The notes below the pieces were generated by a model. That model had not been told where the DNA came from and did not search any database. It saw nothing but the letters and a program-made list of their open reading frames with translations. Positions 12,631 through 25,545 of a DNA stretch of 64,000 bases are shown here, in pieces. Within the stretch, counting starts at the first letter, position 1. Each line of letters begins with the position of its first letter. Both the position numbers and the translations under genes were made by a program. Source of the DNA: Zootoca vivipara (Eukaryota); the NCBI RefSeq assembly GCF_963506605.1, contig NC_083287.1, positions 57,722,001 through 57,786,000 of the forward strand. Reading direction: 5' to 3'.

Positions 12631-13769
12631 GGCAAGCAGGATGGATGGAGGGGCCTATCCTGTTAAGCTGCAAGTCCATCATGGGATATGGCTGTAAGTC
12701 CAGCATTCCATTCTCACAATGGGCAACCAATTGCCTTAGCCAGGGGTTTTCAGCCAGTGTGCCGTGGCACCCTGGGGTGCCTTGAAGGAGGGTCAGGGGT
12801 GCCGCTGGCAACCCTGGCCTCTGTCCCTCTTTCCTTCCCTCCCTTCTCAAATGCCCTCTCTTGTCTCTGCCTTCCAAAGGCTCGTGTGGCTGTTTGCTGC
12901 AGCAGCCCTGGCTACAAGCTCCCCAGGCAAAAGGTCCCTCTGGGGCTGGCCAGGGGGTGCTGGTTGCTAGGAGCAGAGGCAACCTCGGAGTAAGCAAGTA
13001 AGTGAGTGAGTGAGTGAGGGAGCCCAGCCAGCCAGTCCACCAGCCCTTGCTGTTGGGAATGGACAGACAGGTCCCAGGCCCCTGTGGGTCAGGGTGAGGA
13101 GGCACCTCTCTTTGGGGCGAGGGGTGGCAGCTCAGAGACCAGGGGCAGCAGCAGCGGCTGCCCAGAGGACTCCCAAGAAGAGGGGAGAGGGATCTGAGGT
13201 AACCCTCCACAAGGAAGGGTGTTTGAAAATGGGTGAGGGGCTGCCAGCTTTGCAGGCAAGGGGTGGCCTAACTGGGCTCCTGAGCCCCACAGGGGAGCTG
13301 CAGAAAGAAAGGTAGTTGGTCAAGGGAGCCATGGACTCAGAAAGGTTGAAACCCTCTGGCCTGTAGGGAACCAGCAAGCAGGATCTGAGCACATGAGCCC
13401 TTTGCCCTCCTGTGGCTTCCAGAAACCAGGATTCAGAGACATTGCTGCCCCCAGTCATTGAGGCAAAGCCCATGATGCTGTTTGTCATTTGGGCGCATCT
13501 GGGAAGAGGCTTCTGGACTGCCTCTTTGGACCTGATCCTGCAGGGCTCTTCTCACGTTCTTAGCAGGGAAGGCATAAAGAGAAGAAGGGCCTCCTTGGAT
13601 GACCTTGGATGACCTTCTCCGTGCCTTCGAGCCCCAAGTTCTTAAAGGTAAACCCCAGCGCTTAGGAAAGGGTTCAGATTTGGATAGTGATGCTTTTTCC
13701 AAGTGAGCAGCGCAAGTTAAAACCCTGGCCGCTGTGTTCTTCATTTATTGGAGCACCTGAAATGTCCCT

Positions 13770-13895
13770 AGTCACCATTCTGGCTGCCGCATTCTGCCGG
13801 ATTAGTTGTCGTTTCTGAGTCACCTTCAAAGGGAGCCCCACGTAGAGCGCATGGCAGTAGTCCAAGTGGGAGATAACCGGAGCATGCGCCGCTGC
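13770..13895 (-). mobile_element. L2 RT remnant directly after the GIMAP stop codon
   Basis: HAPVISHLDYCHALYVGLPLKVT matches the L2 ORF at 58446-59372. Confidence 0.75.
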
Positions 13896-13903
13896 CGCGT
13901 TCT

Positions 13904-16900
13904 TCATGCGTTTGCCTCAGCAACTTTGTTTGATGTCATCCTAGGATGGCCTTGATTCTTCTCTGCCATCTTCTTCTCAATCATGGAGAGCAATTCCTCG
14001 GCTTGGGCTGCAAGCTCGTCTCCTGTTTCATTGTTGTTGAAACTGCAAAACCGTCCGTCACACTGATCCCTCAGTTCCTGAAAGTTTTTGTTGTCCGTGG
14101 AAGATATGTAATCTTCCAATCTTTCATTCCGCAACCTTTCTTTGTGGCTGAAGACAACCACCATGCATTGGTCGCTACTGTTGAATGTCTTCCTCACCCG
14201 CTGAACCACCTGGTGGTCTTCCTCTGTGAATCGGCCCACTGGGACGACCAGAACCAGAGCATGGGGACGGGGCTTGGAGAGACGTAGGCAGTGCTCAATC
14301 TCAGTAGAATTTTTGGGTCCATCAGAGTCAAAAATCGCAGGCGTGTCAATGACAACTACCCTCTTCCCGTTCCACTCTCTTATTCCTAACTGGCAAGACT
14401 TTGTAACTGGGGTCATTTCAAGCCTGGAGTCAAACCTCTTTCCCCCAAGGATGGTGTTCCCGGTCGCGCTTTTGCCAACCCCGGACTTTCCGACAATGAC
14501 GATGCAAAGCTCGGACTCCTCTTGCTCTGCTGAAACGGGATCAGCTGCATCTGTTAATGTCGTTGGAAAAAGAAGATCAGAACTGAGGAGTCCTAAAGCT
14601 TCTCATGGGGATCAGCACTTAAACTTTGCACTGGTTAGAGCCCTTGTAAGGCTCACTTTTGCAACCTGAATTTCCTGAACTGCCCAAGCAGTTAACTACA
14701 GAATGGGATGCAGAAAGCTCAGTCTATCTCTTTATTACAGCACGACACAGTTGCTAGTAATTCAAATGTTAAAGTTCTCTCTTTTGTTCTGTATGGTACT
14801 ATTTTATACCGTATATTTGGGCAAAGATTCTGTTTTTTTTTAAATTCATTTTTATTGATTTTTCTGTATATACATCAGCAAAAATGAGAAAGGCACACAG
14901 ATTCTGTTTGAGTATTGGTCATGGACCGTAATAAAGAGACTGACTGATTGACTGAATGCAGGAAGCGGATTTTGAACCGTGCAATTCATTCTTGCTGTTT
15001 TGAATTTCATTGTGTTATTCTCTTCCTTAGTAGGTGGTGCAAACAACTATTCTGAATTATGTTTTTTGTGGGTTGGGGAAGGAGGCATGGGGAATGAGTT
15101 TACAGAACCAAGAGAGCAGTGGCCCAAACCCAGGAATTTAAACTGTGCCTGGAAACAAACCTGATGCTGGTGTGAGTTGCTCTCTTTAATGTCTAATGTT
15201 CTACAGTTGTTTATGTGCTATAAGCCGGCGAGAGTGGCTGGGGAAACCATAACGAAATACTACTACTACTACTACTAGGGACGTGGGTGGCACTGTGGGT
15301 TAAATCACAGAGCCTAGGGCTTGCTGATCAGAAGGTCGGCGGTTCAAATCCCCGCGACGGGGTGAGCTCCCGTTGCTTGGTCCCAGCTCCTGCCAACCTA
15401 GCAGTTCGAAAGCACGTCAAAAATGCAAGTAGATAAATAGGAACCGCTACAGTGGGAAGGTAAACGGCGTTTCCATGTGCTGCTCTGGTTTGCCAGAAGC
15501 GGCTTTGTCATGCTGGCCACATGACCTGGAAGCTGTACACCGGCTCCCTTGGCCAGTAAAGCGAGATGAGCGCCGCAACCCCAGAGTCGTCTGCGACTGG
15601 ACCTAATGGTCAGGGGTCCCTTTAACTTTACTACTACGGTACTACTAATTTCAAAACACTGCTCAATGTCATTCCTTGCAGTTCCCTCCAGGGCTGCTAG
15701 ATGTCACTCTGAGACAGAACATGATTATCACAGACTTTTCCCTTCCACCCCCTTGCAGTCCTGTTTTCAAGGGTTCAAAAGTGTTTTGCACATCGAGTGT
15801 GCGCTTATATATTGCCAAAAAGGAGAGAAACGAGGAAGTGGGCTGGCATAAGAGGTAGATTTGGAGAGCATCTATTGTATGGGAAGTAAATTTGCTATTT
15901 AAAAAAACAAAAAAACCCCAAAACTTTACACCCATACAGCAGGGCTGAACGCAGCTGAACCCGGAAAGAAACTTTGCCATGAGTGCTTACTTTGAACAGG
16001 GGGGCTCTCTCCTCCCCCCACTCCGGACCCCTCAGTTCCTGGAATCTCCACGGCCTCCTGCGGCCTCTCTTCCTCTGGCGGGCGCACAGAAAGGTCCTTT
16101 TCGTTTAGGATCAAGGTAGGACTTCCAACCATTTCAGGCCTGCAGAAGGGCTTCTCCTTGTTCTGCTCCACCATGTCCTTCACCAAGGAGAGCAGTTTCT
16201 CAGCCTGCATCTCCCTCTCGTTTTGGTTGTCGTTGTCGACCGAGCACCACTGGAAATTGCGTTGGTATTCTGGGCGGGAAAGATGTTCCTCCCAAGCTGC
16301 GCTGTCCAGTTTCCCCCCAGTGAGCACGACAATTGTGTACTTCATGGCTTCGCAGCCAAATATCTCCTGAACCCACTCTATTGCCTTATCGTCCGCATTG
16401 TCACAGTGGTGCGTGACCAGCAACAAAGCGTGCGGTCCTGGTCTGGATAGACGGAGGCAGTGCTGGGAGTCAGGGGAATCTTTGGCTTTGCCGCTCCCAA
16501 GGTCAAAATTAGCAGGTGTGTCAATGAGGACTAGCCGCCTTCCCTCCCAGTCCCCGATTCCTAACTGGCAGGATCTCGTCACGGTGCCAACCTCAAATGT
16601 CTCCTCTCCAAGAATCGTGTTTCCCGTTGCACTTTTTCCTGCTCCTGGTTTCCCCACGAGGACAATCCGCACTTCTTCGCTGTCTGTCGGAATCTGGTTC
16701 TCAGGCTTTGATGCTGTTGAGGAAAGTTCAGATATTAGAGGGTGCAACGAAGGTTGTGTAGGAAACCAGTGCATTCATTGATATTGGGGGTTTGCACGGG
16801 GTGCTTTGCCTGTAGTTTTGAAGGAGGGGTCCTAGGCTGGGGACCCCCTAAGTTATATCTTGTAAGCAGAGACGGAAGGAGTTCACCTGTTTTGCAATAA

Positions 16901-19073
16901 ATAAATAAATGCAGAGCTGAGAGGCGATGTGATGGCACCGTAAGGGTCTATCTCGGGGGTGGCCTGTAAATGTGTGGGCGGTGTTGTGTAAGGCAGTTCA
17001 TGCACTCCAAATCTGCTCCCACAAAAGATGCACAACTGGAGTGATGGGTGCCTCTAACCCTCTGCACCCTGCTGCTTATCCGTCTGCAGTGATTTATCCG
17101 AAGCTTAGAAGCTTCATTATGTCACTTCCCTTGACCGGAGTCAGACTCAGGGGAAAGTTTCTGGCTGTGTGTATTCAAGATCTGTCTCGTTTCTGTCTTA
17201 GTTTCTCATCTGTGCTAGATGAGATTGGCACAGGGACCATCCCAGCTTTTGCTCTGCTCCTCCCTTGCAGCCTGTCTGTGGCCTGAAAAAAGTGTTTTAG
17301 CTGACCCCAGGAAGATCACTAACCTCACCCTGCTGATGAGAATTCTCTGTTTAATGCAATAGACCAGTGTCTCCCAAGCCGTTTCTGGCCATCACCTCCT
17401 TCCCAGTGCTCCCTACTCTACCCTATCAATCAAAAACATTATTCAGAATAGCGGTTTGCATGGCACACATAGGAAGATAATAACACAACAAAATTCAAAA
17501 CGGTAATAATCAATTGCACATTTGCACAAAATCCAATTAAAACTAATTAATTCAACAAAACGGATGAACTTGATCCCGCAATCCCAACGATAGTCCTTTG
17601 CTCTTCTGGCGGCCCGGCTGCTGCCCCTTGCCTCGTAGTGACCCCTCCCTAGGCAGCCCCACACTTTCCATATGACCTTTTGGAACTTTTGAGGAAACTC
17701 TTGAGGAAAAACTTACCAGAGTTGCTCCGAATGGAAGAGCAGAGTTCTGTAAGCCTAGAATTAGAGAAGAGAAGAATGAATGAGGAGGGGCCTTGCCTTT
17801 CACACCAAAGATGTTAGACCATTTAACTTTTCACCGCAGAAATAAGCAGTTGTGTACAGAACATGTTTGTGTGCGAAGTATATCCTTCTGTATCTTATAG
17901 GGAAATGTCATGTCATGTTAGGCTTCATTATCCTCTCACAATATTCATCCAAAGAGATTGTGGTATATTTAGCAATTCCTAACATAGCTTCTTCCTGTGA
18001 TGACAGTTGTAGCTCAGTCGGTAGACCACGAGCCTCTTAATCTCAGGGTTGTCGGTTCGAGCCCCACATTAGACAAAAGATTCCTGCATGCAGGGGGCTG
18101 GACTAGATGACCCCCGGGGTCCCTTCCAACTCTATGAGTCTACGATTGTATTTTTTTCTGAAGGGCTTCAGGCTTGAGAGGGCTCTTGTGCTCGGATCCT
18201 GCTTGAGGGCTTCACTTTGGAGCACCCGGTTGGCACTGTGAGAACAGAATGTGGGACTCGATGGGTCACTGGCCTGATCCTGCAGGCTCTTCTTATGTTC
18301 TTAAGGCTGCAGGATGGCCCCCTTGCCATGCTCTTTTACACCTATAACAGTCTTTGGCCACCCTCCACTTGGTTCTGTAAACCCACCCCCAGGGCCCTCT
18401 GCCCTATTCTGCCCAAAGCATAATTCACAATAGTGGTTTGCACGGCCCACTAAGGAAGGAAACAACACAATGACATTCAAAAGAGTAAGAAACAATTGCA
18501 CATTTGTTTAAAATCCAGTTAAAACTATTTAGCTTAACTGATTCAGCAAAATGGGTGTCCAGTGACAGCAGCTTTTCAAAGTCAGTTATTTGCACCTCCC
18601 CCCCCCCCGCTTCCTCCCTTTCCCTCTTAGTGCCCCCTAAATAACCCCACCCATTTTGGGAACTACTGATCTACAAAAAGCCCCTAGAAGGGAGATTTGT
18701 AGTTCAGTGTCTCCAGCCTAGAAGAACCAGGTACACCCCCCCCCCCGAGCCCCTTGGAGGAAGTCAAGGACATAAGCAAACAGTGTCCTGCAGCATTTTG
18801 TTACAGCTCCCCTTGTGTTTTGCTCAGTTGCTTCACAGCAGAGTACTAAACTGGCTTGGCCCTGGAGGAGGAGGTCAGCAGGGAGCAGAAGGTTGCTGTG
18901 GCTTCAAACCACTCAGTCGGGCTCCAGAAGTGCAAGTCTGCTCCTTGTAATTCCATCTGTATATTTTTTGTTATTTTAGTCGGGTATTTTCAGTGTCCCC
19001 TGAAATAAATCCACCCTCCCATAGCAAAGTTTATGAAAAGGAATTAAACACCTTCTTACCATTTGATGTCCAT
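13904..19073 (-). CDS. GIMAP: GIMAP-family GTPase with two tandem AIG1 domains (GIMAP8-like architecture); complement(join(13904..14550,15991..16713,17717..17754,19060..19073)), 473 aa
   Basis: Two G domains (GKPGAGKSATGNTILG..DTPA..PGPHALLLV and GKSGVGKSATGNTILG..DTPA..PHALVLVVPVGRFT). All three introns are GT-AG with consistent phases 2, 1, 1, giving 1422 nt (474 codons) from MDIKW to the stop. Confidence 0.85.
15278..15630 (+). mobile_element. Sauria SINE, full length (in GIMAP intron)
   Basis: GGGACGTGGGTGGCACTGTGG head, B-box GGTTCAAATCC, TTTAACTTTA tail; inserted into a (TAC)n run. Confidence 0.9.
18002..18150 (+). mobile_element. SINE with tRNA-Lys(CTT)-like head and CR1-type 3' tail
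   Basis: TAGCTCAGTCGGTAGA..CTCTTAATCTCAGGG..GGTTCGAGCCCCAC followed by GGACTAGATGACC..GGTCCCTTCCAACTCTA. Confidence 0.85.
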
Positions 19074-19156
19074 CTCTGCTAAAGAAATCTTTCTCCAGCG
19101 TCTCTCTCTCTCTCTCTCTCTCTGGGCTGTGAATTCTGCAGAGATAAATGCTTTCT

Positions 19157-19168
19157 AGTTTCACTTTC
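19157..19168 (-). promoter_or_regulatory. ISRE/IRF element upstream of the two-domain GIMAP
   Basis: AGTTTCACTTTC (GAAAGTGAAACT on minus), about 85 bp 5' of the ATG. Confidence 0.6.
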
Positions 19169-19995
19169 AAGAGCAGCCTAGTTCCCTTCCTGTCATTGCA
19201 CTGCACTGCCCACATCTGCAGGCAGCTGTCTCTCTACGCCCAAACAGGCTGCTGTAATCCAGGCACCCAGTTGAAGGCCCTTCCGGATTCTCTGTTGTTC
19301 TGAAAACCAAGAACAGCCCAGGAGAAGCCGGAAGCCAGCCCTGTTCTCCCCAGCAGTTTGGATGTCCGTTGGACCCAAAAGTGCAGGCTTCACTGGCTAG
19401 GGGATTTATTTATTTTTTAAAGTAATTGCTTTGGTGCATCCCAGGTCCCTCTGCATCTGAGCTGAAAGCAGCAACCTCCGGAGAATAAGACCCACGGGCA
19501 GCACTGCAGGGCTGTTGTGTTGCAGTTGGGCAAGGAAGGGGGTGGAAGATCCTCTCTCAGGCACCCCCCCTTTCATCACTCATGCAAAATCATCCTGCAA
19601 GTCTGCTACCTGCTTCCCACCTCTAGAGGTGCAAACCTTTCCAGAAATCACGTTCAGTCTATTCATTATGCGTAGGGAACATTCAGTATTTTGGGCAGTG
19701 TGATTCGAAGATTCGAAGGATTTGTGCATCCCCGTTTCTGAGAGGGAAGAGACTCCAGGAATGCCCAGGAATGAAGGTCAATATTAAATATTCAACAGGG
19801 GGTTTCCACTCCTTCTTGAAATTAGCCTCTTTTGATCTCTAATTTTCATAGTTACATTTGCCTATTCGGCATATTCCGTCAGTTGTAACTGCCAATCTTC
19901 TTTGGTAGTAGTTCAAAGGATACAATGGTTTCAAAACGTCTCTTCTGTAATTGGATTTATTTATAAAGGTTTATACGTCAGATGAAGTATATATA

Positions 19996-20038
19996 CCAGG
20001 ACAGGGCCCTGTTTCGAATAGTCTTCTTCATCAGCTGG
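19996..20038 (-). ncRNA. Minimal type-I hammerhead ribozyme (Penelope-associated)
   Basis: Minus strand reads CCAG-CUGAUGA-A-GAA(GACUA)UUC-GAAA-CAGGGCCCUG-UC-CUGG. It has the complete core, stem I CCAG/CUGG, a palindromic stem III and a GUC cleavage triplet. Confidence 0.8.
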
Positions 20039-20061
20039 AATAAGTCAAATATACATTCATT

Positions 20062-20539
20062 GTTGTTGTTGTTGTTTAGTCGTTTAGTCGTGTCCGACTC
20101 TTCGTGACCCCATGGACCATAGCACGCCAGGCACTCCTGTCTTGCACTGCCTCCCGTAGTTTGGTCAAACTCATGTTCGTAGCTTCGAGAACACTGTCCA
20201 ACCATCTCGTCCTCTGTCGTCCCCTTCTCCTAGTGCCCTCAATCTTTCCCAACATCAGAGTCTTTTCCAAGGATTCTTCTCTTCTCATGAGGTGGCCAAA
20301 GTATTGGAGCCTCAGCTTCACAATCTGTCCTTCCAGTGAGCACTCAGGGCTGATTTCCTTCAGAATGGATAGGTTTGATCTTCTAGCAGTCCATGGGACT
20401 CTCAAGAGTCTCCTCCAGCACCATAATTCAAAAGCATCAATTCTTCGGCGATCAGGCTTCTTTATGGTCCAGCTCTCACTTCCATACATCACTACTGGGA
20501 AAACCATAGCTTTAACTATACGGACCTTTGTCGGCAAGG
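20062..20539 (-). mobile_element. BovB LINE short 3' fragment
   Basis: About 98% identical to 23403-23884; (CAA)n tail. Confidence 0.93.
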
Positions 20540-21427
20540 AGGAGGAGGAGGAGGCATCACCTGGTGGAGCGTCAGATCCTCAGGTGGAACAGGAAGTCAC
20601 AGGTGGATTTCCTCTTTGCCCTGTGGGATTCCCAGCATGGGAGGGAGTCCTGGAGGGAGGACAAATAACCCTACAGGTAGTAACCAGGCCAGAAGGAAGG
20701 CTCTGCTGGGCCCTCCACACTCGGAGGCAGCAAACCCTTCTGGGTACCAGTTTCTGGAAGCCACAGGTGGGGAGAGATGCTCTGGTGCTCACATCCTGTT
20801 TACAGGTTTCCCAGAATGGGCATCTGGTCTGCCACTGTGAGAAGAGGATGCTGGACTAGTTGGGCCCATTGATCCAAGAGGTTCTTCATAGAATCGTAGA
20901 GTTGGAAGGGACCCTCCAGGGTCATCTAGTCCAACCCGCTGCAAGGCAGGAATATGCAGCTGCCCCATTAGGGGACTGGACCTGCAACCTTGGCCTTATC
21001 AGCACCGCCGCGCTCCAACCAACAGAGCTATCAGGGTCAAGTCTCATGTTCTTTATGTGCTGGAGGGTAAGATCCTGGGACGGCACTGTTTCTCTGGCTG
21101 GGAGTGAGCCTCACTGCAGGGGCACAGGCAATGGGTGCCAGGGAAGACCCTGCCAGCTCCCTCCTGACCTAGGGTGACTTTAGGAGCAGGGCTGTGGCTG
21201 AGTGAAGGAGCATCGGCAGATCTCAGCTTCGATCCTGGGTAGGCCCCTTGAAGTCTAATCGTGGTCAGAGGTACAAAAGGAGGCTACCCAGGAAGCAAGG
21301 CCAAGCTGTGGATCTTTATCGGTCTGCTGCAACAAAAGAAGTCGTTTTATTTCTGCAGTGCAGGGGATGGTCTAGATGACCATAGGGGTCCCTTCCAACT
21401 GCAATTCTGTTTAGGGAAGCTTTTAAT

Positions 21428-21563
21428 CAGGCATCCCCAAACTGCGGCCCTCCAGATGTTTTGGCCTACATCTCCCATGATCCCTAGCTAAGAGGACCAG
21501 TGGTCAGGGATGATGGGAATTGTAGTCCAAAACATCTGGAGGGCCGAAGTTTGGGGGTGCCTG
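21428..21563 (+). mobile_element. 136-bp hAT MITE
   Basis: Same TIRs as 12148; TSD CTTTTAAT. Confidence 0.92.
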
Positions 21564-21672
21564 CTTTTAATATTTAATAGATTACATTACATTTTAATGT
21601 TCTGTTCTGTTGGAAGCTGCCCAGAGTGGCTGGGGAAACTGTCAGATGGGCAGGGTATATATAATAATAAAA

Positions 21673-21725
<53 letters not shown>

Positions 21726-23402
21726 TATGATCCTCTCCAGAATCTTCCATTCAGCTCCACTGGATGTCATTCTCATTCTAGTGCAATGAGAAAGGCATAG
21801 CTGCCAAGTTTTCCCTTTTCTCATGAGGAAGCCTATTCAGCATAAGGGGATTTCCCTTAAAAAAAGGGAGAGAAACATTTTCTCGCTTTCTCCACTGGGT
21901 GCCTCATTTTTAAAACTCCCCAAATGTTCCAGCCTTTCTTCATTGGGGAGTTGCGCCTTAATCCTTTGGCTTGCCCTTTCCTGCACATTTTTAATCTCCG
22001 CCTTTTATTTTCGCCTGCAAAAGTGTTTCCAGCCCAGATCTCCAGTTGCAACAAGGCCGGGCAGGCTCAGGCAATGCTTCCTTTGCCTTCCTCTTTCCCA
22101 CGGCTGGGGCGTTCGGGAACCGTATCCCAAAACTGCTGAAGGGCAACAGGTTGGCAAACGCTGCCTCCCTGAGAATCCCAATTAGTGGGGGATTAAGAAA
22201 ACCTTGTGAAATATCGGCAGCCGGTCTCTTGGGAACTCACACCAGCGCAGCGTTGGCTGCCAACCTAAGCAGTGCGGAAAAGGGCTTGGACCAATGCATG
22301 AAGCCCAGTGAGGCTGGTGCATAGATAAACTGTGGAACTCCCTCCCACAGGATTAGGCAGATTCATGGAGGAGGAGAGGGCTGTCGATGGCTACTAGCTA
22401 CGATGGCTCTCTATCCTGCTTCCATGGTCGAAGGCAGCAATGCTTCTGAATCTCAGTTGCTGGAAACCACAGGAAGGGGAGAGTGTTGCTCTTGCGCTCG
22501 AATTCTGTTCGCGGGTTGGCCACTGTGAGAACAGGATGGTGGAGCTTGATCCTGCAGGCTCTCCTTACACACCAATCTCTGAACGGTGCAAGATTCCAAG
22601 GGGTTCCCAGCGCTCCGCCGGGGGTTTTGTTTCCTTTTGGGAATGAGAGAAAGGGGAGACTGTGGTGTTTCCAAGATCTATATACACACACAAGCTGAGC
22701 CTACGATGAAGGGGTTCACAGCATTAACACCCAAGAAGGCCTTGCTTCTCCCATGGCCAAAGCCTTGGAGCCCAGCAGAAATCAGGCATGGCTTTTTCTC
22801 TGCCTTTCCGGCCTGCAGCTTTTGCCTCCAGCTTCTAGCTCACAGTTCAACTCTCAACTCTTCCCCTTTGTCTTTCTAACTAACCAGGAAGGGAGCCCAT
22901 CTGTTTGTCCTCTGGCACAGAGCTACATCTTTTGTTTCCTGAAGGGCTCCTACTTAGCAGGCCATCAGCAGGCTGGCCTGGCTATCTCAGCAATTGGATC
23001 CATGCTGGTTGCAGGAATTAGAAGGGGAAGCATTTGGGCATTCGTATGTTGTCTGTTGTCAATGGAGTGCGCCTTCAGGGGTGAAGTCAGATTGCTGCAT
23101 TAGCAGCCTGGAGGTGACCTCTCAGGGGCGCAAGCCTGGGCAGTGTGCCTGGAGGTCCTGGGCTGCCCAGACAACAAGACCCCCTTCTCAGCCTCGCTGA
23201 TGGGGTCCAAAGGAAAACAGAGCAAGATGTTTGGCCCCAGGAGGCGTACAAGGCACCATCCAACCGTCTTAGGGACTCCACTCTGGAATTGTGTAGGGTT
23301 TATTCCTGAGCCCTTTCTTCTTCCAGAGATGTTTCCATCTGATAGCCATGTTCAAATGTATAGCCATGTTCAAATATATGATAGCCATGTTCAAATATAT
23401 GA

Positions 23403-25545
23403 TGTTGTTGTTGTTGTTGTTTAGTCGTTTAGTCGTGTCCGACTCTTCGTGACCCCATGGACCATAGCACGCCAGGCACTCCTGTCTCGCACTGCCTCCC
23501 GCAGTTTGGTCAAACTCATGTTCGTAGCTTCGAGAACACTGTCCAACCATCTTGTCCTCTGTCGTCCCCTTCTCCTAGTGCCCTCAATCTTTCCCAACAT
23601 CAGGGTCTTTTCCAAGGATTCTTCTCTTCTCATGAGGTGGCCAAAGTATTGGAGCCTCAGCTTCACGATCTGTCCTTCCAGGGAGCACTCAGGGCTGATT
23701 TCCTTAAGAATGGATAGGTTTGATCTTCTTGCAGTCCATGGGACTCTCAAGAGTCTCCTCCAGCACCATAATTCAAAAGCATCAATTCTTCGGCGATCAG
23801 CCTTCTTTATGGTCCAACTCTCACTTCCATACATCACTACTGGGAAAACCATAGCTTTAACTATACGGACCTTTGTCGGCAAGGTGATGTCTCTGCTTTT
23901 GAAGATGCTGTCTAGGTTTGTCATTGCTTTTCTCCCAAGAAGCAGGCGTCTTTTAATTTCGTGACTGCTGTCACCATCTGCAGTGATCAAGGAGCCCAAG
24001 AAAGTAAAATCTCTCACTGCCTCCATTTCTTCCCCTTCTATTTGCCAGGAGGTGATGGGACCAGTGGCCATGATCTTGGTTTTTTTGATGTTGAGCTTCA
24101 GACCATATTTTGCGCTCTCCTCTTTCACCCTCATTAAAAGGTTCTTTAATTCCTCCTCACTTTCTGCCATCAAGGTTGTGTCATCTGCATATCTGAGGTT
24201 GTTGATATTTCTTCCGGCAATCTTAATTCCTGCTTGGGATTCATCTAGTCCAGCCTTTCGCATGATGAATTCTGCATATAAGTTAAATAAGCAGGGAGAC
24301 AATATACAACCTTGTCGTACTCCTTTCCCAATTTTGAACCACTCAGTTGTTCCATATCCAGTTCTAACTGTAGCTTCTTGTCCCACATAGAGATTTCTCA
24401 GGAGACAGATGAGGTGATCAGGCACTCCCATTTCTTTAAGAACTTGCCATAGTTTGCTGTGGTCGACACAGTCAAAGGCTTTTGCATAGTCAATGAAGCA
24501 GAAGTAGACGTTTTTCTGGAACTCTCTAGCTTTCTCCATAATCCAGCGCATGTTTGCTATTTGGTCTCTGGTTCCTCTGCCCTTTCGAAATCCAGCTTGC
24601 ACTTCTGGGAGTTCTCGGTCCACATACTGCCTAAGCCTGCCTTGTAGAATTTTAAGCATAACCTTGCTAGCGTGTGAAATGAGCGCAATTGTGCGGTAGT
24701 TGGAGCATTCTTTGGCACTGCCCTTCTTTGGAATTGGGATCTAGACTGATCTTCTCCAATCCTCTGGCCATTGCTGAGTTTTCCAAACTTGCTGGCATAT
24801 TGGGTGTAGCACCTTAACAGCATCATCTTTTAAAATTTTAAATAGTTCAGCTGGAATATCATCACTTCCACTGGCTTTGTTATTAGCAGTGCTTTCTAAG
24901 GCCCATTTGACTTCACTCTCCAAGATGTCTGGCTCAAGGTCAGCAACCACACTACCTGGGGTGTACGAGACCTCCATATCTTTCTGGTATAATTCCTCTG
25001 TGTATTCTTGCCACCTCTTCTTGATGTCTTCTGCTTCTGTTAGGTCCTTACCACTTTTGTCCTTGATTATGGTAATTTTTGTACGAAATGTTCCTTTCAT
25101 ATCTCCAATTTTCTTGAACAGATCTCTGGTTTTCCCCATTCTATTGTTTTCCTCTATTTCTTTGCATTGCTCATTTAAGAAGACCCTCTTATCTCTCCTT
25201 GCTGTTTATTGGAAATCTGCATTCAGTTTCCTGTATCTTTCCCTATCTCCCTTGCATTTTGCTTGCCTCCTCTCCTCCGCTATTTGTAAGGCCTCGTTGG
25301 ACAGCCATTTTGCCTTCTTGCATTTCCTTTTCCTTGGCATGGTTTTCGTTGCTGCCTCCTGTATAATGTTACGAGCCTCCATCCATAGTTCTTCAGGCAC
25401 TCTGTCCACCAAATCTAAATCCTTAAACCTGTTCCTCACTTCCACTGTGTATTCATAAGGGATTTGATTCAGATTGTATCTTACTGGCCCAGTGGTTTTT
25501 CCTACTTTCTTCAGTTTAAGCTGGAATTTTGCTATAAGAAGCTTG
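23403..25545 (-). mobile_element. BovB (RTE-clade) LINE, 5'-truncated, with RT domain
   Basis: ORF 23421-24659 has QAGFRKGRGTRDQI, FIDYAKAFD, GVRQGCILSP and LRYADD; upstream ORF pieces are interrupted; (CAA)n tail. Confidence 0.96.

Noticed and set aside
18002-18074. tRNA-Lys(CTT) gene
   Set aside because: The acceptor and other stems are degenerate and it runs directly into a CR1-type tail, so it is a SINE head.
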